Source of the DNA: Octopus bimaculoides
Taxonomy: Eukaryota
Reading direction: 5' to 3'
Length of the DNA: 36,852 bases
Assembly (NCBI RefSeq): GCF_001194135.2
Contig: NC_068982.1
Span: 191,348,066 to 191,384,917 of the forward strand
A program made the position numbers and the translations under genes. The notes beneath the pieces are model-generated. The model was not told the DNA's origin, did not search any database, and was given only the letters and a program-made list of their open reading frames with translations. The stretch's first letter is position 1. The number at the start of each line of letters is the position of its first letter. Positions 34,637 to 36,852 of this stretch are shown here, piece after piece.

Positions 34637-35149
34637 CTAAAAATTGCATAAAGAAAAAGAAAAAAAAAGTGTTAGATTTCGTTGCTGTTGAGTCCGAGAT
34701 CACCTAGCATCAGAGACATTCCATCTGTGACCATCCTATCATAACTGCAGACATGGTCTATCTATGACACTTATCTAATGTGTCCTTTTTTCAAGGATAC
34801 ATGGACAGACGTGTGTATAAAATTTATATCAAACCAATGAGGGAGCCCATACATGGTCACACAACTTGCTAGAAATAACAACCAAATCCCCCTCAAATCA
34901 CACCCCAATGGCTAAAGAAAAGGCAAGAGACACTGAACGATGTAGTCCTAGATATGCTATTCCTGAAACCAAGGGTGGCCACAACTGGAAAGCCTTTGAT
35001 TACAGATCTTAAACAAGGCTGACCTAAAACTAAACAACTACGATTTCCATTAATTCCAAACACATTGTACCATTTCTTTAACGCCCTGTATCCCCCCGCA
35101 ACCCTAAATATAATTCTACAGAATAGGAATACCTCACCCACTTCCAATG

Positions 35150-35330
35150 TAGGTGTTGGTGTCACATAAAAAGCACCCAGTACACTCTGTAAAGTGGTTG
35201 GTATTAGTAGGGGCATCCAACCGTAAAAACTATGCCAAATCAGACAACTGGAACCTGGTGCAGCCCTCCACCCTTGCCAGCTCATCAAACTGTCCAACCC
35301 ATGACAGCACATTAAATGATGATGACGATT
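35150..35330 (+). repeat. (ATG)n-tailed RTE 3'-end family copy
   Basis: aaaaagcacccagtacactctg..aaactgtccaacccatg. Confidence 0.8.
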
Positions 35331-35831
35331 TCTTTGAGAGACATAAGACCTAATTTGTTAAGAAGGGTGGTTGTAGTCAAACATAATGACACCAGTATAT
35401 AACTGGTACCTGTCTACCTCAAGCAGATTCCAACTCCGCTTCAAAAGGGACACAAAACTATATTACCCTTTGGAAAGTTACCACAAAAGACAAATGGGTA
35501 CATTAGACGTACCCCAATTTCCATAGTGCATATTCAAAAAGACAAAGATTTTAATACATTAAAGCATTTAATATTGGCCCAAACTTCACAAATAGGATCT
35601 GGGGTGATTTTTGAGATATTTTATTTTGGCACAAAAATGCATTTTTGATGCCATCAAATGTGGTGGTTGAAACATTAAATGAACTTTTAATGTGATTTGA
35701 TCTCATGATGTGTAGATCCAAAATCTTTTATTCTTTCTCCATGAAAATTCTTTATCAAAGTCCTCATAATCAACTTCATCAAAGCCCTTAATTAGAATAA
35801 ATCAGGTAAAAATAACCGGAAGAAATCTTAC

Positions 35832-36003
35832 CATGGATATATGTAAGTCCAAAGAATTGGTGGATTTCATCAAGGCCCATGTGTGACGTCAAAGCCGTGA
35901 AAATCTGTTTCCCCGTCATCGATGGATCACACATGGCCTCCAACTTCTGACCATTCAGCAACACTATTATCACACGTCTAGCATGCGATGGGTTCTTCAC
36001 ACT
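35832..36003 (-). CDS. PTPN13: PTPN13-like exon, FERM N-lobe start (phase 0 to 1)
   Basis: tttcag acceptor, gtaaga donor; SVKNPSHARRVIIVLLNGQKLEAMCDPSMTGKQIFTALTSHMGLDEIHQFFGLTYIH. Confidence 0.9.
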
Positions 36004-36189
36004 CTGAAATAGAAACAAATATTTCATTTAATGACTTTCCCACCATTACGAGAGATTAATATGAGATTCCATTAGATTATCTTGTCAGAATACACTTTGT
36101 TTTTTTTTGGTTAGTTCACTGCTGCTCCCCCACCAAGTCCTCTCTCTCTCTCTCTCTCTTCCTCACACTACCACTCAGGCCTGGTACTC

Positions 36190-36510
36190 AGTCAGCTGTG
36201 ACAATAAGGGTTCCAGTTGATGCGATCAATGGAACAGCCTGCTCATGCAATTAACATGCAAGTGGCTGAGTACTCCACAGGCATGCATACCCTTAACACA
36301 GTTCTTGGGGAGAGTCAGTATGACACCGAATGGGACAAGGCTGGCCCCTTTGAAATACACGTACAACTCATTTTTGCCAGTTGAGTGAACTGGAGTAAAG
36401 TAGAATAAAGTGCCTTGCTCAAGGATGCAATGCATTGCCAAGAATCAAACTTATGACCTTAAAAATCATGAACCGAATCGCCTAACCACCAAACCATGCA
36501 TACCTGCCAC
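36190..36510 (-). mobile_element. Second tRNA-headed SINE family
   Basis: ttccagttgatgcgatcaatggaacagcc..aaagtgccttgctcaagga..; partial copy at about 14400-14530. Confidence 0.65.
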
Positions 36511-36559
36511 TCGGGTACATGTTTATTACCCTGAATTGCAACACTTTTATTACAAGAGG

Positions 36560-36852
36560 ATCATCATCATCATCATCATCATCATCGTTTAACGTCCGCT
36601 TTCCATGCTAGCATGGGTTGGACGATTTGACTGAGGACTGGTGAAACTGGATGGCAACACCAGGCTCCAGTCTAATTTGGCAGAGTTTCTACAGCTGGAT
36701 GCCCTTCCTAATGCCAACCACTCAGAGAGTGTAGTGGGTGCTTTTACGTGTCACCCGCACGAAAACGGCCACGCTCGAAATGGTGTCTTTTATGTGCCAC
36801 CCGCACAAGCCAGTCCAGGGGCACTGGCAACGATCTCGCTCGAAAATCCTAC
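36560..36852 (-). repeat. Young (ATG)n-tailed family copy, runs off the window
   Basis: (cat)n cgtttaacgtccgctttccatgctagcatggg. Confidence 0.88.

Overview
AT-rich, repeat-dense animal genomic DNA with five N-gaps. The repeat families look like those of Octopus/coleoid cephalopods (inference from recognition, no search run). The window lies inside one minus-strand, multi-exon gene, a PTPN13 (FAP-1/PTP-BAS)-like FERM-PDZ-tyrosine phosphatase. I traced 22 GT-AG exons (4233 nt) with compatible phases, running from the FERM N-lobe (36003) through three PDZ domains into the first half of the PTP domain (662). The gene continues past both window edges, and one FERM-C exon is missing, probably in the gap at 29859-30436. 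Introns carry RTE LINE fragments and many RTE 3'-tail copies, tRNA-headed SINEs, mariner and maT/DD37D transposase remnants, piggyBac- and hAT-type MITEs, and microsatellites. The main finding is a short retroelement with a tRNA-like (Pol III) head and a 3' tail that folds into a minimal type-I hammerhead ribozyme of the Penelope-associated kind. It gives five hammerhead copies, four of them in inverted pairs. Also notable are degenerate PTP motifs and a ~250-bp intronic fold-back. Most short ORFs in the supplied track are spurious. Repeat boundaries are approximate.
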